DNA of 64,000 nt from Zootoca vivipara (lineage: Eukaryota), in the NCBI RefSeq assembly GCF_963506605.1, contig NC_083281.1, positions 13,206,001 through 13,270,000 on the forward strand, written 5' to 3'. The stretch's first letter is position 1. Each line of letters begins with the position of its first letter. Position numbers and translations under genes: made by a program. The notes beneath the pieces were generated by a model. It ran no database searches. It had not been told where the DNA came from and worked only from the letters and a program-made list of their open reading frames with translations. This document shows positions 50,956 to 64,000 of this stretch, piece after piece.

Positions 50956-53547
50956 ATAAACTCTATATTACAGTACATACTTGGCTGTGCTATTACTTTA
51001 ATACACAACACAAATTAAAAGTGAAGTGAAATGAAATCCAGTCCTGCTGAACCAGGCCAGTGCCCCCCCCCAAGTCCAGCCTCCTGTTCTCACAGGGGGG
51101 CCCCCAGGTGCCTCTGGGACACCTCCTGCAAGCCAGGCCAGATTGAGGTTTGATGAGGCCCTCAGCTCCTGAAGGGAATGGGGCCATTTCTATGTCCAGC
51201 TGTCCCTTGCCAACAACAAATGGTCACTGTTTTTGGTGTTGAATATATGCTAGATGGTCATTTATGGACTGAATAGGTAACTCAAGCCATTTGCACATGT
51301 TGCCCTGCAATCAGTCCATGCAGAATGTCGGCACCCTATATATAGAAAGGAGCAAACCAGGGATTTTTTTTAGAGAGCAGGCTAGCAGGCGGGGCCCATG
51401 ACTTACATCATAGGAGCCTACACAACACAAAACACTGTAGGTTTTATTTTATTTGTTTTTGATCTTTTGTTTTGGAAACGTTCTCCCCCTCCCTTTAATT
51501 TTTTTTTGGGCCCCCAAGAGAGTGGGGCCCTAAGCTAGAGCTTGTTTAGCTTATACGTAAATCCGGCACTGGAGGATCCTAGCAGCAGAGCCCTCTCTCC
51601 TTCCAGCAGCTGGGACTGAGAAACGCTGCAGCCTCCCCTCTGGAGGCCGAGAGCAGCCGCCCTGGCAAGGAGGAGCCCTGGGCAAGGCAGCCCCCTCCAC
51701 TTCTGCCCGCCCTTAGCTGATCTCCAGTCCAAGATGCAGGGGAAAGGAAGAGGCGATTCCCCTCTTTCTCCCTCTCATTTCCCTTTTTCTGCCTTCCAGG
51801 GACCGGCTCTGCTTGTGAACTGCTCAGGCAGGAAGTTGCTCCATCCCGGGGTGTAGCATGGGGGAGTCATGTCCCCAGGCACACAATTTTTGAGGGCAAA
51901 CCAGCCGCCCCCAGCCCAGTGCTCCTCTCTGCCTGCCAAGCATGGGAATAACCAGGGGGACAGCTGCTCCTCGGATAAAGTAAAACAATAGAAATACTAA
52001 ACTAACTGACCAATCATATTGATCCCCCCCCCCACAATCCTGACTATGCTCATGCTCCCAAGGGCCATGTTGGCCAGCCAGGTTCCCCCTGCAGGGGTTG
52101 GCAGGCAGCTCTGGATGGCCCCATTTTGCTCCGGTGGGGGTGGGGTCACTTTGGCGGCAAGGGGGGGCACCAGCCCCCCCCCTGCCCGGCACCAGCCCAC
52201 CCACCCTGGGCACCAGAAACTGACGCTATGCCACTTGCTCCATCCTCCATTTTGTTCCTTGCCCACTTTTCTTTAACCCTGCAGGAGAGACTGAGCTTAT
52301 TTAAGGAAGAGCTATATCCTCTTTGAATCAGCAGAAGCATTTTCTCTGTCCTTCCCCTGCAGTGCTCCTTTCTCCTTTTGGCACCTGACGGCCCCCCTAG
52401 TCACGCTAAAAGCAGGAAGGCAGCAGCCGGGGATTTTGACAGACAGTCAGAAAGAGCCACAAGCCCCACCTTTAAGCTATTCGCTCCTCAAATCCCTTCT
52501 TGCTTAGCTAGAAAAACTCTGGTTGGGAATTGGTCCATAGATTGTAAAAGACAACAACAAATATTGCACCTATGCATTTAGTTTTTATATTGCTTGTGCT
52601 GTTTTTAAAGTAGTATGTCCTTATTGCTCTGCTTAGTCCTACTTTCTTGACTTTGCTATTTAACCATGCTGGCATCTTCCCCCGGGCTTGCTTCGCCCCT
52701 TCCAGCCCGCACTCTGCTCTCCAGACAGGTTTTCCCAGTTGCATTAAGGGTTTTCACCCCTCTTCCCACACGCACTGCCTCTCAACTTTCTTTCAGCTAA
52801 TCCTCTTATTTCTTTCCTGAGAATTTTTTTCCTTTCATCAGGCTGAATTCAACATCTTAAATCAGTATTAAATAAGGAGTCTCTGCCTCTCCTCTCCTTG
52901 GTCCCCAGGACTATTGATTGCAAAGAGCCATTGTTATGTGTATGTCAGCATTTTGGAAAGTAGCCGAGGGCAAAGGCCGAATCCTGCTGCATGTGCTGTG
53001 CCAGGCCAAAGAGGAAGGCTGGGGCCCTTGCCCCAGGGTGACCCCACAGGCTGTGCTGGTGGGGCAGCGCTTTCAAGGGGAAGTGGGAAAGAGAACAGGA
53101 AGGTGGGAGGGGAGGGCGGCAGGACAAGATCTGAACCAACAAATTCAAATCGCAAGCAAGGAAGAACTTTCTGAGGGCTGGATGACCCTCTGCCAGGGAT
53201 TCCTGGCTGAGAGTCCTGCACTGCAGGTGGCTGGGCTGGTGGATCCTTGGGGGTCCCTTCCAACTCTATGATTCTATGGTCCCATGAGGGTAAGCAAGAG
53301 GATCAAGGGTTTGGAAACTAAGTCTTATTGGTGAGGAATAGTTGAGGGCTTGGGGATGTTCAGAGTGGAGAACAGAAGATGGAGGGGAGCAAGGGAGGAG
53401 CCAAACCAAGGACTCAAATGACAGGCAGGGAGATTCCGTCTCAGCATCAGGAAGAACTTTCTGACAGCAGAACAGACTCCCTCCAGAAGTGGTGGACTCT
53501 CCTTCCTCGGAGGCTTTTAAGCAGAGGTTGGGTGGCCACATGCCATT

Positions 53548-53781
53548 GAAGAAGAAGAGTTTGGATTTGATATCCCGCTTTATCACTACCCTAAGGAGTG
53601 TCAAAGCCGCTAACGTTCTCCTTTCCCTTCCTCCCCCACAGCAAACACTCTGTGAGGTGAGTGGGGCTGAGAGACTTCAGAGAAGTGTGACTATTAGCCC
53701 AAGGTCACCCAGCAGCTGCATGTGGAGGAACAGGAAAGATTCTGAGCCTACCGCTCTTAACCACTACACCACACTGGCTCT
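53548..53781 (-). mobile_element. Squam3-type tRNA-derived SINE
   Basis: Minus strand reads gagagccagtgtggtgtagtggttaagagcgg...gggtgaccttggg...(CTT)n tail. Confidence 0.8.
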
Positions 53782-55039
53782 CATTGAGATTCCTGCATTG
53801 CGCGGGGTTGGACTAGATGACCCTGGGACCCTTCCGACTCTACCATTCTATGATTCTTGGCCCACCTGATCACCCCAAGCATTAGCTTCTCGGAGATGGA
53901 TTCCTCCCCAAAATAGTTCCCACAATTGTGGCAACCCAGGCTGGCCAGAGGAGCTTCCCCTGGCTGTCCTGGCACAAGCATTGGAACTGCGGCAGCAGGA
54001 CCTCTTGGCAGCCACCCAGAGGATCGAGCGGAGGGAGCCCTGGCTGAGGGTTTCTGTCAAGAGAATATCAGGTTGAGCAAGATCCGATCAAGTCCAGGCA
54101 AGGTCTCCCCACCCACCTGCTGCTGTTGTTTGGGTTGTTGCCGTGCTGCAAAGGGAGCTTCTGCAGAATCCCAAGTTATTTGGGGTCCTTTTGGGCAGTG
54201 CGGCCACTGAAGGCCAAAAGGAGCGAGGCAGTGGGGGGTGGCCCAGTTGGTCAGCCCAGGGGCCAAGGAAGGGGACTTAAACTGGACACTCTCCTGGCCC
54301 AGGACACAAGGCCTTCCCATCCAGGGTTGTCGTTGCTGCACGAAGGAGCTCAGCCTTGCCTGGAAAACAAAAGTTCGCCCGCAAAGGCCCAGGCTCCTCT
54401 TGCGGCAGGGGCCGAATGTGCTCCTCCTCCCGGCCCTCCAGTAACACCAACAGCAGCAAGTCCCACCCGTCTCCTGGCCACTCCCGATAACAACCCCACC
54501 TTCTTCTTATCTCTCAGCGCACAAGGTGGGCGGGAACAGCTGGCTGGTTAAGGGGGTGGGGAAAGAAAAGAATTCTATTAGGAATACTGGGAAGCAGTGT
54601 GGCATAGTGGTTAGTGTGTCAGACAAGGACCTGGGAGATACACCAGAGTTCAACTCCTTCCCCACTCCTACTCAGCCACGAAGCTCAACTGGCACCCAGC
54701 CCCTGCTTCTCTCAGCCTTAGCCTACCTCACAGGGTTGTTGTGGGGATTAAATGAGGGGTGGGAGGGGTGGGAGAATCCTGCACACCACACTGAGCTCTT
54801 TTGAGGAATAAGTGGGGATATAAATGCAGTAAGGAAAGGATTGAATCCTGGGGGCTTTCCCCCAGTTGCAGGAGCACAGAGTCCAAGCCACCCAGTGGGT
54901 GCGCAAGGGGCAGCGACCGCCTCCCATCTCAGCCAAGAGGGCGCTTCTCTCTCTTTCCCCGACAAAGCCTACCCTGCAGGGCTCTCGCCAGGAGGACAAA
55001 AGCGGCGCAGCAATTTGGAAATTATTAACAACAGTTGGG

Positions 55040-57320
55040 GAGTTTGGAGGAGCCGGTTCGCGCTCTCCGCCCCGGCGCGAGTCGGCTGCAGCTGAGCTCC
55101 AACCAGCGGGGGCCGTGGACGGCTTCTGCCCGGCCCGTGGGCGGCAGGGTCCACCCACGGGCGCCCCGTGGGGCGGCAACAGGGCCACGTCGCCAGGCTG
55201 GGGGGCTGTGCAGGCGGGACGAGGTTTCCTCTCTCCGCCGCCCTCCCCCGCCCCCCGTGGAGAGAGAGAGACATGACAGCGCCCCCCCCCCCGCTCCCCG
55301 TCCTCTCACCAGCCTCGACGGCTTGCGCCAGGGTAGCCAGGCCAGTCATGCCGGTGGCGCCGAAGATGGCGATCCTTTTGCAGGCTGCGGCCATGCCGGA
55401 CTCCTTCTCTTTTCGGAACCGTCGGCCGTCCGCCTCCGCCCGCCCAGCCCCGCCAGCGGCCAGCCCTTCCGCCCGGAGCTCCGCCCGGGGAGGCAGGACG
55501 GGAGAGGCCGGGGGCGGCGCGTCGCTCGCTCGCTGAGCCTGGGGGCCGGGGCTCCCTCGACGGGCGCTACGGGAGTTAAAGAAAACGGGGCTCCCTGAAA
55601 CAAGCCCCCTGGCCAGCTTTCTGCCTCGGCGTTGCTCTTGTGCTTTCAGACGGCTGTCATAAGAAATGCCAAGCAAGGGGGAGAAGCCCGCCTCTCTCTC
55701 CAGATCGCATGAGCCGGTGCGCAAAGCACAGGAGCACAGCTGGAGGGGGGAAGTTGGCGACCCTCTCCTCGCCCCCAAAATGCGGGGGTGAGGAGGTGAG
55801 TGTGAGCCCCCGCGAGGGCTGCTGGGAGATCCGCCCCACCATGCAAAGCGAGCCTAGCGCCGGTGGGTGGGGCGCGTTTCGCCAGCTTGCGGGTTCCGCG
55901 CTCGTGTGAAGCGTGACAGGCGCGGCTCGCTGGGCTTGGCGCCGGCCTCTCGGCAGCGGGGCGGCGGGCACGCCCTCCTCCACTGCCCCCTTCTCCCAAA
56001 AGGGACTCCCGGGCTCCCTTGTCGTAAACCACTCCGGCAAAGACCCCCAGCAGCCTCCTCCTCCTACCGACGACCCTCCGGTACCTGCCTCTCGGCCAGT
56101 GCCGGTGCGAAGCAGCCCTAGACGAGGAGAATCCCCGGCTGAATCAGACACTCAGCCCTCCCCACCGGCCCTCTCTTCATCAAAGACCCCCTTCTCCGCC
56201 CCCCCACTCTTTGCAGCGCGCGGCTCCAGGAGGAGGGGCCGCGATGCTCGCCGGTGCCCGGGCAGAGGGAGTGGGAGCCGCTCGGCCGGCGAGCCGAAGG
56301 ACGGGCCCAAGGTGACCGCTCGCTCGGGCGCGCCCTTCTCGCCGCCGCCTGGGCCCCCAGCCCGGCGCGCCCTTCTTTGTGCCTTGGTCCCCCCGGGGCC
56401 GCTTCAGGTGGGGCCGGCCGGGCGCGCGCGCCCCCCGCGAGCATCTTTGGGTCCGCGCCCGCGTGCGCGCCTGTCTCCCTGCCTGCCTTCCTGGAAAGCG
56501 CTCCGGGCAGCGGCGGGGCGAGGCGGGCGGGCGCGGGACCGGGCCGGAGCGGAGCCCCGGGATTGGCTGCGGCGGCAGCGGATGATGCTGCGGGGCTGCG
56601 CCGGGGGCCTCCGCCGCCGGCCTCCGCCCGCCTCCTGCAGCCACTGAGCATCGCCGCCGTCGCCACAACCGGGCACCGGGCGCGGCAGGGCCGTGGGACG
56701 CTTCTCCGCGGCGTCGGGGCACCCTAGGGAGGTAAGTCGCGGGGGGCCCTAGTCATGCAAAGCGCTTCCATGCGAAGGGGATCCAGAAAGGGAGTTAGAC
56801 ACCCGACCCCCCCGCCACCCCAAAATCGCTCTGTTTCGGTGGGTGGTGGGGCTGGCCGGCCCTATACAGTATTTGGCGCTGGCCTTATCTTTGGGGACGG
56901 AGTGGGGTCTGGTCCTCCGTTTGGGGCCGAGAAGGGTCTTGGGGTGATGGTTTTGGTCTGCCCGAGGGAGGGCAGGGGCTGCAGGCTCTCTCCCCCCCAC
57001 ACATCCCGCCCCCCAGTTTTCTGCTCCCGGCGGCGGAGGAGAGGCCCTCCCGGCTGGACCAGCGCGTGCTTGGCGGCATGTCCGCGCGCCTCGGAAAGGC
57101 ACCGGCGTCCCCAAAAAACTGTGGCCGCGAAAGGTCAGCGGACACCTCTCCCTCCCTGCCAGATAGAAGGGCAAAGCCGGAGGAGAAGGGCCTGCTCAGT
57201 CCTTGCCCCCCCCCCGGCCCCAGCCCAGCAGGATCGGCGCCCAGAAGCACCTGCAGTTCTCGGGTCAGTGCCCAAAGATGGTGCTGGGATGGAGGTGCGT
57301 CTGCAGCGCTGCGGAAGGGG
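55040..57320. promoter_or_regulatory. Divergent CpG-island promoter region shared by BLVRB (-) and SPTBN4 (+); SPTBN4 non-coding exon 1 ends at 56731
   Basis: Long CpG-dense tract. BLVRB ATG at 55394. Consensus plus-strand donor GAG|GTAAGT at 56731/56732. ATTGG at 56562 and GC boxes. Confidence 0.8.
55310..55394 (-). CDS. BLVRB: Biliverdin reductase B / flavin reductase (NADPH), coding exon 1
   Basis: MAAACKRIAIFGATGMTGLATLAQAVEA-G with Rossmann GxxGxxG motif; donor G|GTGAGA; 85 nt. Confidence 0.95.
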
Positions 57321-58166
57321 GGAAAACAAGCTGCTCTTGCCACCCCCTCTTCTCTGTGGCTCTGCCCGCCCTTTCTAGGGATTGTTCCTGCCCCCCGGAT
57401 CCTCCAAGAAGCCCAAGCCCCACTGGGGGGGGGGCTCCTCTGCTGCGATCCTGGGTGGCTCCCCAAGGGTCGTGCAAGAGGATCGTGGGTCAGCCCTCCC
57501 TCTTGGGCCCAGACAATTTTGAGACTTCAGCGTTTTAAAAAGCTGAGCTTGAAGTTCCTGAAAATAGCAGTGCTTAGAAGCTGGGCTCTCTATTATTCTG
57601 GAAATATATGGGGTTTTAAAATAGCTAAATGGGTGAGCAGGCTGCATCCTACCCGCCAAATTCCCACAGGGATGATGTGGTTGGCCACTGTGAGTACAGG
57701 ATCCTGGAGTAATGGGCCTGATCCAGCAGCCAGGCTTTTCTCCTCTTGGGCGGAGCCAGGATTTTGGTTGGGGGGGGGGGAGGACTTTGTTGGGCAGAAC
57801 CAACATGATTGGTCATTCAATTTAAGTATGGTACTGGTATTTCTGTTGTTTTACTTGATGGGGAGAGCTGCCTCCCCCTTGGCTATGCCAATACTTTTCC
57901 AGTTCTTACAATTACTTACTTGCATCAACTGTTAGATAAGTTATTAACTGAAGTCAACACAATTAGATCTGGACTTTGGTCAACCTGGGGGGGGGCCCTC
58001 CAGATTCTTTGGACTACAATTCCCATCAGCCCCAGCCAGTCAGGTCCTGCATGATGGGAGTTGTAGTCCAAAGCATCTTGGGTCTGCTTGAAGGCTGGCC
58101 AGGCCCTTTTCCCTTCACCCAAGGTGCCTGGAGCTGTTAAAATTGGCTGTTCGATGGGCAATTGTA

Positions 58167-58189
58167 GTGTGTGTGTGTGTGTGTGTGTG
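58167..58189. repeat. (GT)n microsatellite
   Basis: Direct reading. Confidence 0.9.
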
Positions 58190-58639
58190 ATATGGTAATA
58201 CAATACAATACAGTATAATATGAAAAAAGAGCTTAGAGGTTTACTGTACAATCAAGCAGTATGCCATCTACAATCAAGCAGTACTGTACACAGTATAGAA
58301 ATTTTGCTAATTAAGTAATAATTGGCAGCATGACTGTGAGTCCTGAGACAAATTACGATTCTTTATGACTTTAGACGAGCTTCAGACTGGTCTACCTTGC
58401 AGAGCTATTGTGAAAGCCTCTCTCTGCCATGCTCCCCCCTTGCCTCCCTCCCAATGCCTTCTCCTCCTGCCTCCTGGACATGCCTCTAGATCCCAGTTGC
58501 TGGAAACTGTGGGAGGGAAGAGGGGTTTTGTGCATGGATCCTGCTTGCAGGTTTCTGGCCAGCCACTGTGAGAAGAGGTTGCTGGACTAGGTGGGCCACT
58601 GGCCAGAGTCATCACTGTTGCCTTTGAGGCTTCCCTTAT

Positions 58640-60065
58640 GTTGGACACAGTATTCCAGGTGTGGTCTGGCTAAGGTAGAATAGAGTGGGACTCTTACTTC
58701 CCTTGATCTGGACACTAGACTTCTGTTGTTGCAGCCTAGAATAGTGTTACCCTTTTTTTTTTGCTGCTGCTGCATCACACTGTGGACTCATGTTCAGCTT
58801 GTGGTCCACCAAGACCCAGAGATCCTTTTCACATGTCCTTCTAGTAAGCCAGGTGTCCCCCATACTATATTTGTGCATCTGGTTCTTCCTGCCTAACTGC
58901 AGAACTTGACATTTGTCCCTATGGAAATTCATTTTGTTAGCTTGCACCCAGTTCTCCAATCTGTTAAGGTCATTCTGTCTTCTGCGGCATTAGCTACCCC
59001 TCCCAGTTTGGTGTCACCTGCAAATTTGATGAGCACCCCCTCAGTTCCTTCATCCAAGTCATTCATAAAGGCGTTGAACAACAACAGGCCCAGGACAGAA
59101 CCCTGCAGCAGCACCCCACTTGTCACTTTCCCCCAGGATGACGAGGAACCATTAATGAGTCCTCTTTGGGTTCAGTCAGTCAACCAGCTACAAAATCCAC
59201 CTAACAGTTACCTCATTCACCCCACATTTTACCATCTTCCTCATGGGGGACTTTGTCAAAAGCCTTACCGAAATCAATATACACTATGTCCACAGCATTT
59301 CCCTGATCCAAAAAAGAGAGAGATTGGTTTGGCATGACTTATTTTTGAGAAACCCATGCTGGGTCTTAGTAATCACAGCATCCTTTTCTAAATGCTCACA
59401 GACCAACCGTTGTATTATCTGTTCTTGGACCTTCCCTGGTATAGATATCAAGCTCACTGGTCGGTAGTTACCTGGGTCTTCCTCCCCCCCCCCTTTTAAG
59501 ATGGGGACAACCTTTGCCCGCCTCCAGTCTGTAGGGACCTCACCTATTCTCCAAGAATTCTCAAAGATCATAGACAAAGGCTCTGAAATCAAGCTCCTTG
59601 GATGCAGATCATCAGGCCTTGGAGATTTGAATTCATTGGGGTCACGAAGAGTCAGACGTGACTAAATGACTAAACAACAACAAACAAGTATCTAGGTGTT
59701 CCCTTACTATCTATTTTCCTATCTTGGGCTGCAGCTCCCTCCTTACAATATTTATTCTGTTATCACCAGGTTGGGCAACGCTTTCTTTTTGGGTGAAGAC
59801 AGAGGCAAAGTAGGTGTTGAGGAGTTCCGCCTTTTCTCTGTCACCCAAGAGCATTTCTCAGTCTTCCCCACACAGAGGACCTACCACTTGCCTGTTCTTC
59901 CTCTTACTTCGGACATAGCGAAGAAAACTTTATTATTATTTTTTACCTCTCTTGTAAGCCTGGGCTTATTCTAAGCTTTAGCCAGCCTGACCTTCCCTCT
60001 GCAACTCGTGAATATTCCTCCTTTGTGATTTCCCCTTTCTTCCATTTCTTATACATGCCCTTCTT
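58640..60065 (-). mobile_element. Decayed CR1 LINE (RT region) in SPTBN4 intron 1
   Basis: DPGNYRPVSLISIPGK, QHGFLKNKSCQTNL, QGSVLG and KFAGDTKLGG peptides across frameshifts. Confidence 0.88.
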
Positions 60066-61889
60066 CAGGGCTGTCTTTAGCAGGTGCGGCGCTGGGGTGC
60101 AAATTTCTGCCCAGTCTTCCTAAATTACCATGGATAGTGTTGGGGTGGCCATACTTGCGCACTGCCAGCCATATGGTTGGCCGGGTGCAGCTTCCATCCT
60201 AAGCCTTTGCGGGGATCACTCTCCTCCCGAGGAGGCTTGGGAGGGAAGCTGCTCGTCTGCCAGCCTTATGGTTGGTGGGGCACAGTTGTCAGGCGTCCAG
60301 GGAAAGGGAAGGCTGTTGGCAAAGCCGCCCAGCTCCCTCACCTGCTGGGGTGCCCCTGAGAGGCCGGCGCCCTGGCGCGATGCACCACTAAGCCCTATGG
60401 GAAAGACGGCTCTGCCTTTCTTAACTCTCAGCTCATCTGTAAGCTCCTTATGCAGCCGCACTGGTTTCCTTAGATGCCTCCCAGTTTTCTTCCTTCCTTT
60501 TCTTCCTTCGGATTCCTGGGTGCCCCCCATGAAATATCCCACTCCGTCTCTTCTGGGGTTCCCCTGCCTTCTCTCCACCTGGGCGTTGGCTCCTGGCCAG
60601 TGATGCAGACTGTCCAGCCTCCTCCCTCACCTTGGGAGCCAAATGGGCTGGGGAAGGGGATGGGGCAACCCGGATCCCGACTTGCCAGGAGGGCGAGGCA
60701 GAAAGCAGGCCTTCTCAGCCCAAAGCAAGGGAGTGGGAAGGGGGTTCCTTGCAGACAGCACTCCACGTTAAAGAACCAGCCCTGCAGAACCCTTGGAAAA
60801 TAGTAACGGGCTACTGTCTGCTTTCTAGGGCAAAAGCTCCCCCTCCTCATTTCATTTCTTCTATTTCTATGCTGGTTTTCATTCAAACAAATCCCAAAGC
60901 GACTTACAAATAACCAGAACAGAACATCACAGCTATTGTGTGCATCATATTATATGATTAACGAATCATCCATAAAACCAGGGCTTTTTTTCAGCCGAAA
61001 CTCCCCGTTCCAGCACCTCCCCTGCCGTTGCTATTCTAAGAGAACAAGGGAGGTGTTCATGGTGAGTTCTGGTTCCTCTTTTTCTAGAAAAATAGTCCTG
61101 CATAAAACATAATATATAAAACAGTATTTAAAAAAACAACAACTAAAAGTTAAGCGAAATCCTATTATGTTCGCATACTCCTCTCTCTTAGAACTCTTCC
61201 ACCCGCTTCAGTTTCTCCAGTTCATTTAAATAAACCCATCCAGGGTCCAAGGGGGAAATAACTTACAGCAGGCATAGGCAAACTCAGCCCTCCCGATGTT
61301 TTGGGACTACAATTCCCATCATCCCTGACCACTGCTGCTAGCTAGGGATCATGGGAGTTGTAGGCCAAAAACATCTGGAGGGCTGACTGTCCTCCAGTTT
61401 GCCTATGCCTGACCTACAGCAACAGAGCAATACTTTAGCTCAGTGTTTCCCAACCTTGTGCCTCCAGCTGTTTCCGGACTACAATTCCCATCATTCCTGA
61501 CCACTGCTCCTGCTAGCTAGGGATCATGGGAGTTGTAGGCCAAAAACACCTGGAGGCACAAGGTTGGGAAACACTGCTTTAGCTATAAAGCAGGATTTAT
61601 GTCTCATGGGGTGCTGGGAGGAGCTGCTGCTTTGTACAGAGTTAGGCCCTTGAGGCTCCATCTGGCTCACTGTTGCTTACACTGACTGGCAGCAGCTGTC
61701 TGGCCTTTCAAAACTGTCCTCTCCTTGACTCTCAAACTCTGCCTCCTTCAAAACTCTGCCTTTGCATTGCGTCCTCTCAGTTGGTCTTCTGTGCCATCTC
61801 CGCAGGAGGGCTGGCCGGGGCTCCAGGCGCCCATGAGGTCCTTCTGCGCAGATCCGTAAAGGAGCCTTCCTCCCGGCGCCAGGGGCAAG

Positions 61890-62064
61890 ATGGCAAATGT
61901 CACGCCAGCCAAGCTGGACAACCTGGAGGCGCAGCAGCAGCAGCAGCAGCAGAATAACAACACCCGGTGGGAGAGCACTGAACACCACCACCACCACCGG
62001 CCCTGGGATGAGGCCACGGCCACGGCCAAACTCTTTGAGTGCTCGCGGATCAAGGCCTTGGCCG
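61890..62064 (+). CDS. SPTBN4: Spectrin beta IV, first coding exon (gene continues beyond the window)
   Basis: MANVTPAKLDNLEA(Q7)NNNTRWESTE(H5)RPWDEATATAKLFECSRIKALA followed by a phase-1 donor G|GTACGT. LFECSRIKALA is the beta-IV form of the beta-spectrin N-terminal motif. Head-to-head with BLVRB as in mammals. Confidence 0.92.
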
Positions 62065-64000
62065 GTACGTCTTGCGTGGTTCTTGCCGGCCTGCAAGGAT
62101 ATAAACGGTTGGACAAGGGGAGGCTGAATTGCAGGTGGCAGGCACAACATGGGTGAGCTTGGTTGGGATTTCAGACGCCCAGGGTTGGAAGGGACCCCCA
62201 GTGGACATCTAGTCCAACCCCCAGCAATGCAGGATGTGCCAGAGCACAGGGATGTGGTCTGACCCCCCCCTCCCCCCAAGATCCCGCAGGATTGCTCAAT
62301 AAGAGACGGAGGCACAATTGCAGGGAGCAAGGAGGCCAGCTTTGTCGGAGTCAGGGGTACTAAAAAAACTGCTTAGCCCCACCCCCCACCCCCCAGTTCC
62401 CTAAACTCGTCGCCAGTGACCGCTTCCCTACCCTGCAAAGCGCATTATTCAGAATAGCGCCTCGCACAACCCGCTAAGGAAGATAACAGCGTGGTGAAAT
62501 TCAAAATGGGAGCGATTAATTGCACATTAATTCCAAATCCAATAAAGTCTGCTTAATTAATTCCGCAAGATGCGTTCCCGATCTAGCACGCCAACGGGGC
62601 TGGCAGCTGAATCTGACTTTGGTACTGACGATGGGACAGTGCCCCCTTTGCTTGGGGGGGGGCAGCAGGCTAGCTTGCCTGGGGGGGGGGTGGAGGGAGA
62701 GCAGAATCTCGAGGATTCTTGGCGATTCCCCCAGTGCCAAAGGGTCTGTCTGTCCCTCCCGTCTCCCCGGCAGCCTCTGAATAGTGAGAGGCTCCTGCCC
62801 CCCCTGCCCAGCCTTATTCTGCCAACCCTGAGCCCCTCTGGCACCCAGAAGCCCCCCTCTCCCCCGCTTTGAAAATTGCTTGTGGGGCTCATATCAAAGA
62901 CAGCCGCAGAATAGCTGGTGGAAGAATAAATAGGGAGGAGAGCTGGGTTCCACCCAGTTCAGCCTTGTCTACACTGACTGGTAGCAGTAATGCACATGGC
63001 GGCAGTTTCCTTCATCAATGAGAAGCTGCCTGCCTGCCTGGGAGGGTGGGAGGGGCCAGACAGACAGCCGAGTCAGCTGTCAATTTGCCGGGTCAGTTCA
63101 TCTGTGAAGCTGGGGGGGGGGAAGGGGGCTCTCTCTAGGAGAGGCAAGGGGGCTTAAGCTCACTTTGCTGGTGGCGCTGGGTTAGAAATCGGCCCCAGCA
63201 TATCATTGGAGACAGACCCTTGCTGGAGTCTCCCTCATTGCCTGGGGTTGGGCTAGATGACCGCTTGGGGTCCCTTCCAAGTTCTTATTTTTATTTTTAT
63301 TTACACGTTTAAAATTACACAAATCAAACACACTTTTCTGTTATGAAAGAAAAGAAGGAGAAAAAATAGAAGAAAAAATAGAAAATAAAGTTAAATGAAA
63401 AATCTCATTAAAGACATACAGTTTTTTAAGAAATACAAACCATCATCGACATTATTATAAACATATATTTCCAGTAAGAGCTCCTTTTATCTTCACCTTA
63501 TCAATTTCTCCTCACTACTCTTATTTTCTTACCTATGCCTAATCTCTGGTTTTATTCCCTGACTTGTTAATGACTTCCTTCCACTTCTATGCCATGGGTA
63601 GGCAAACTAAGGCCCGGGGGCCGTTTCCGGCCCAATCGCCTTCTCAATCTGGCCCACAGACAGTCTGGGAATCAGCGTGTTTTTACATGAGTAGAATGTG
63701 TCCTTTTATTTAAAATGCATCTCTGGGTTACTTGTGGGGCATAGGAATTCGTTCACCCCCCCATATAGTCCAGCCCCCCACAAGGTCTGAGGGACATGGA
63801 CCAGCCCCCTGCTGAAAACGTTTGTTGACCCCTTGTATGAAGTTCATAATTTCTCATTTCTAAAATTTCCTGCCTCTGTTCTTGTTCTACGAAAGACCAT
63901 TCTCTTAACTCTGTGGGATTTAGTGTATGCTCAACCACGAGTCATTGTTGGAAATGTATTTCATCATGTTATTTTTAAAAACACCCCATTCTAAAACATC

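Noticed and set aside
53740-53781. tRNA gene-like A/B boxes here and in other SINE heads
   Set aside because: These are tRNA-derived SINE heads without a complete cloverleaf.

Overview
Vertebrate genomic DNA. The Sauria/Squam3 SINEs, RTE/CR1/L2/L1 LINEs and hAT MITEs point to a squamate, probably a lacertid lizard. The gene order matches the human 19q13.2 block: [probable PRX 5' end, -] - SERTAD1 (-) - SERTAD3-like (-) - BLVRB (-, 5 coding exons, 210 aa) <-> SPTBN4 (+, first exons). The unexpected element is an intact, intronless CDC7 kinase ORF (31306-32907, 533 aa) between the two SERTAD genes. It has retrocopy hallmarks: no introns, AGTAAA plus an A-tract at 34601-34617, and a candidate 13-bp TSD. 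It sits inside a 5'-truncated L1 fragment that has its own 16/18-bp TSD. It appears to have carried in a CpG-rich, triple-CCAAT promoter and lacks about 50 aa of kinase insert 2. Two sense-strand Penelope-type minimal hammerhead ribozyme motifs bracket its poly(A) site. The remainder is dense in transposable elements, including three triple-nested insertions with readable TSDs, plus one assembly gap (9844-9986). Comparisons to human proteins are from memory, not from a database search.
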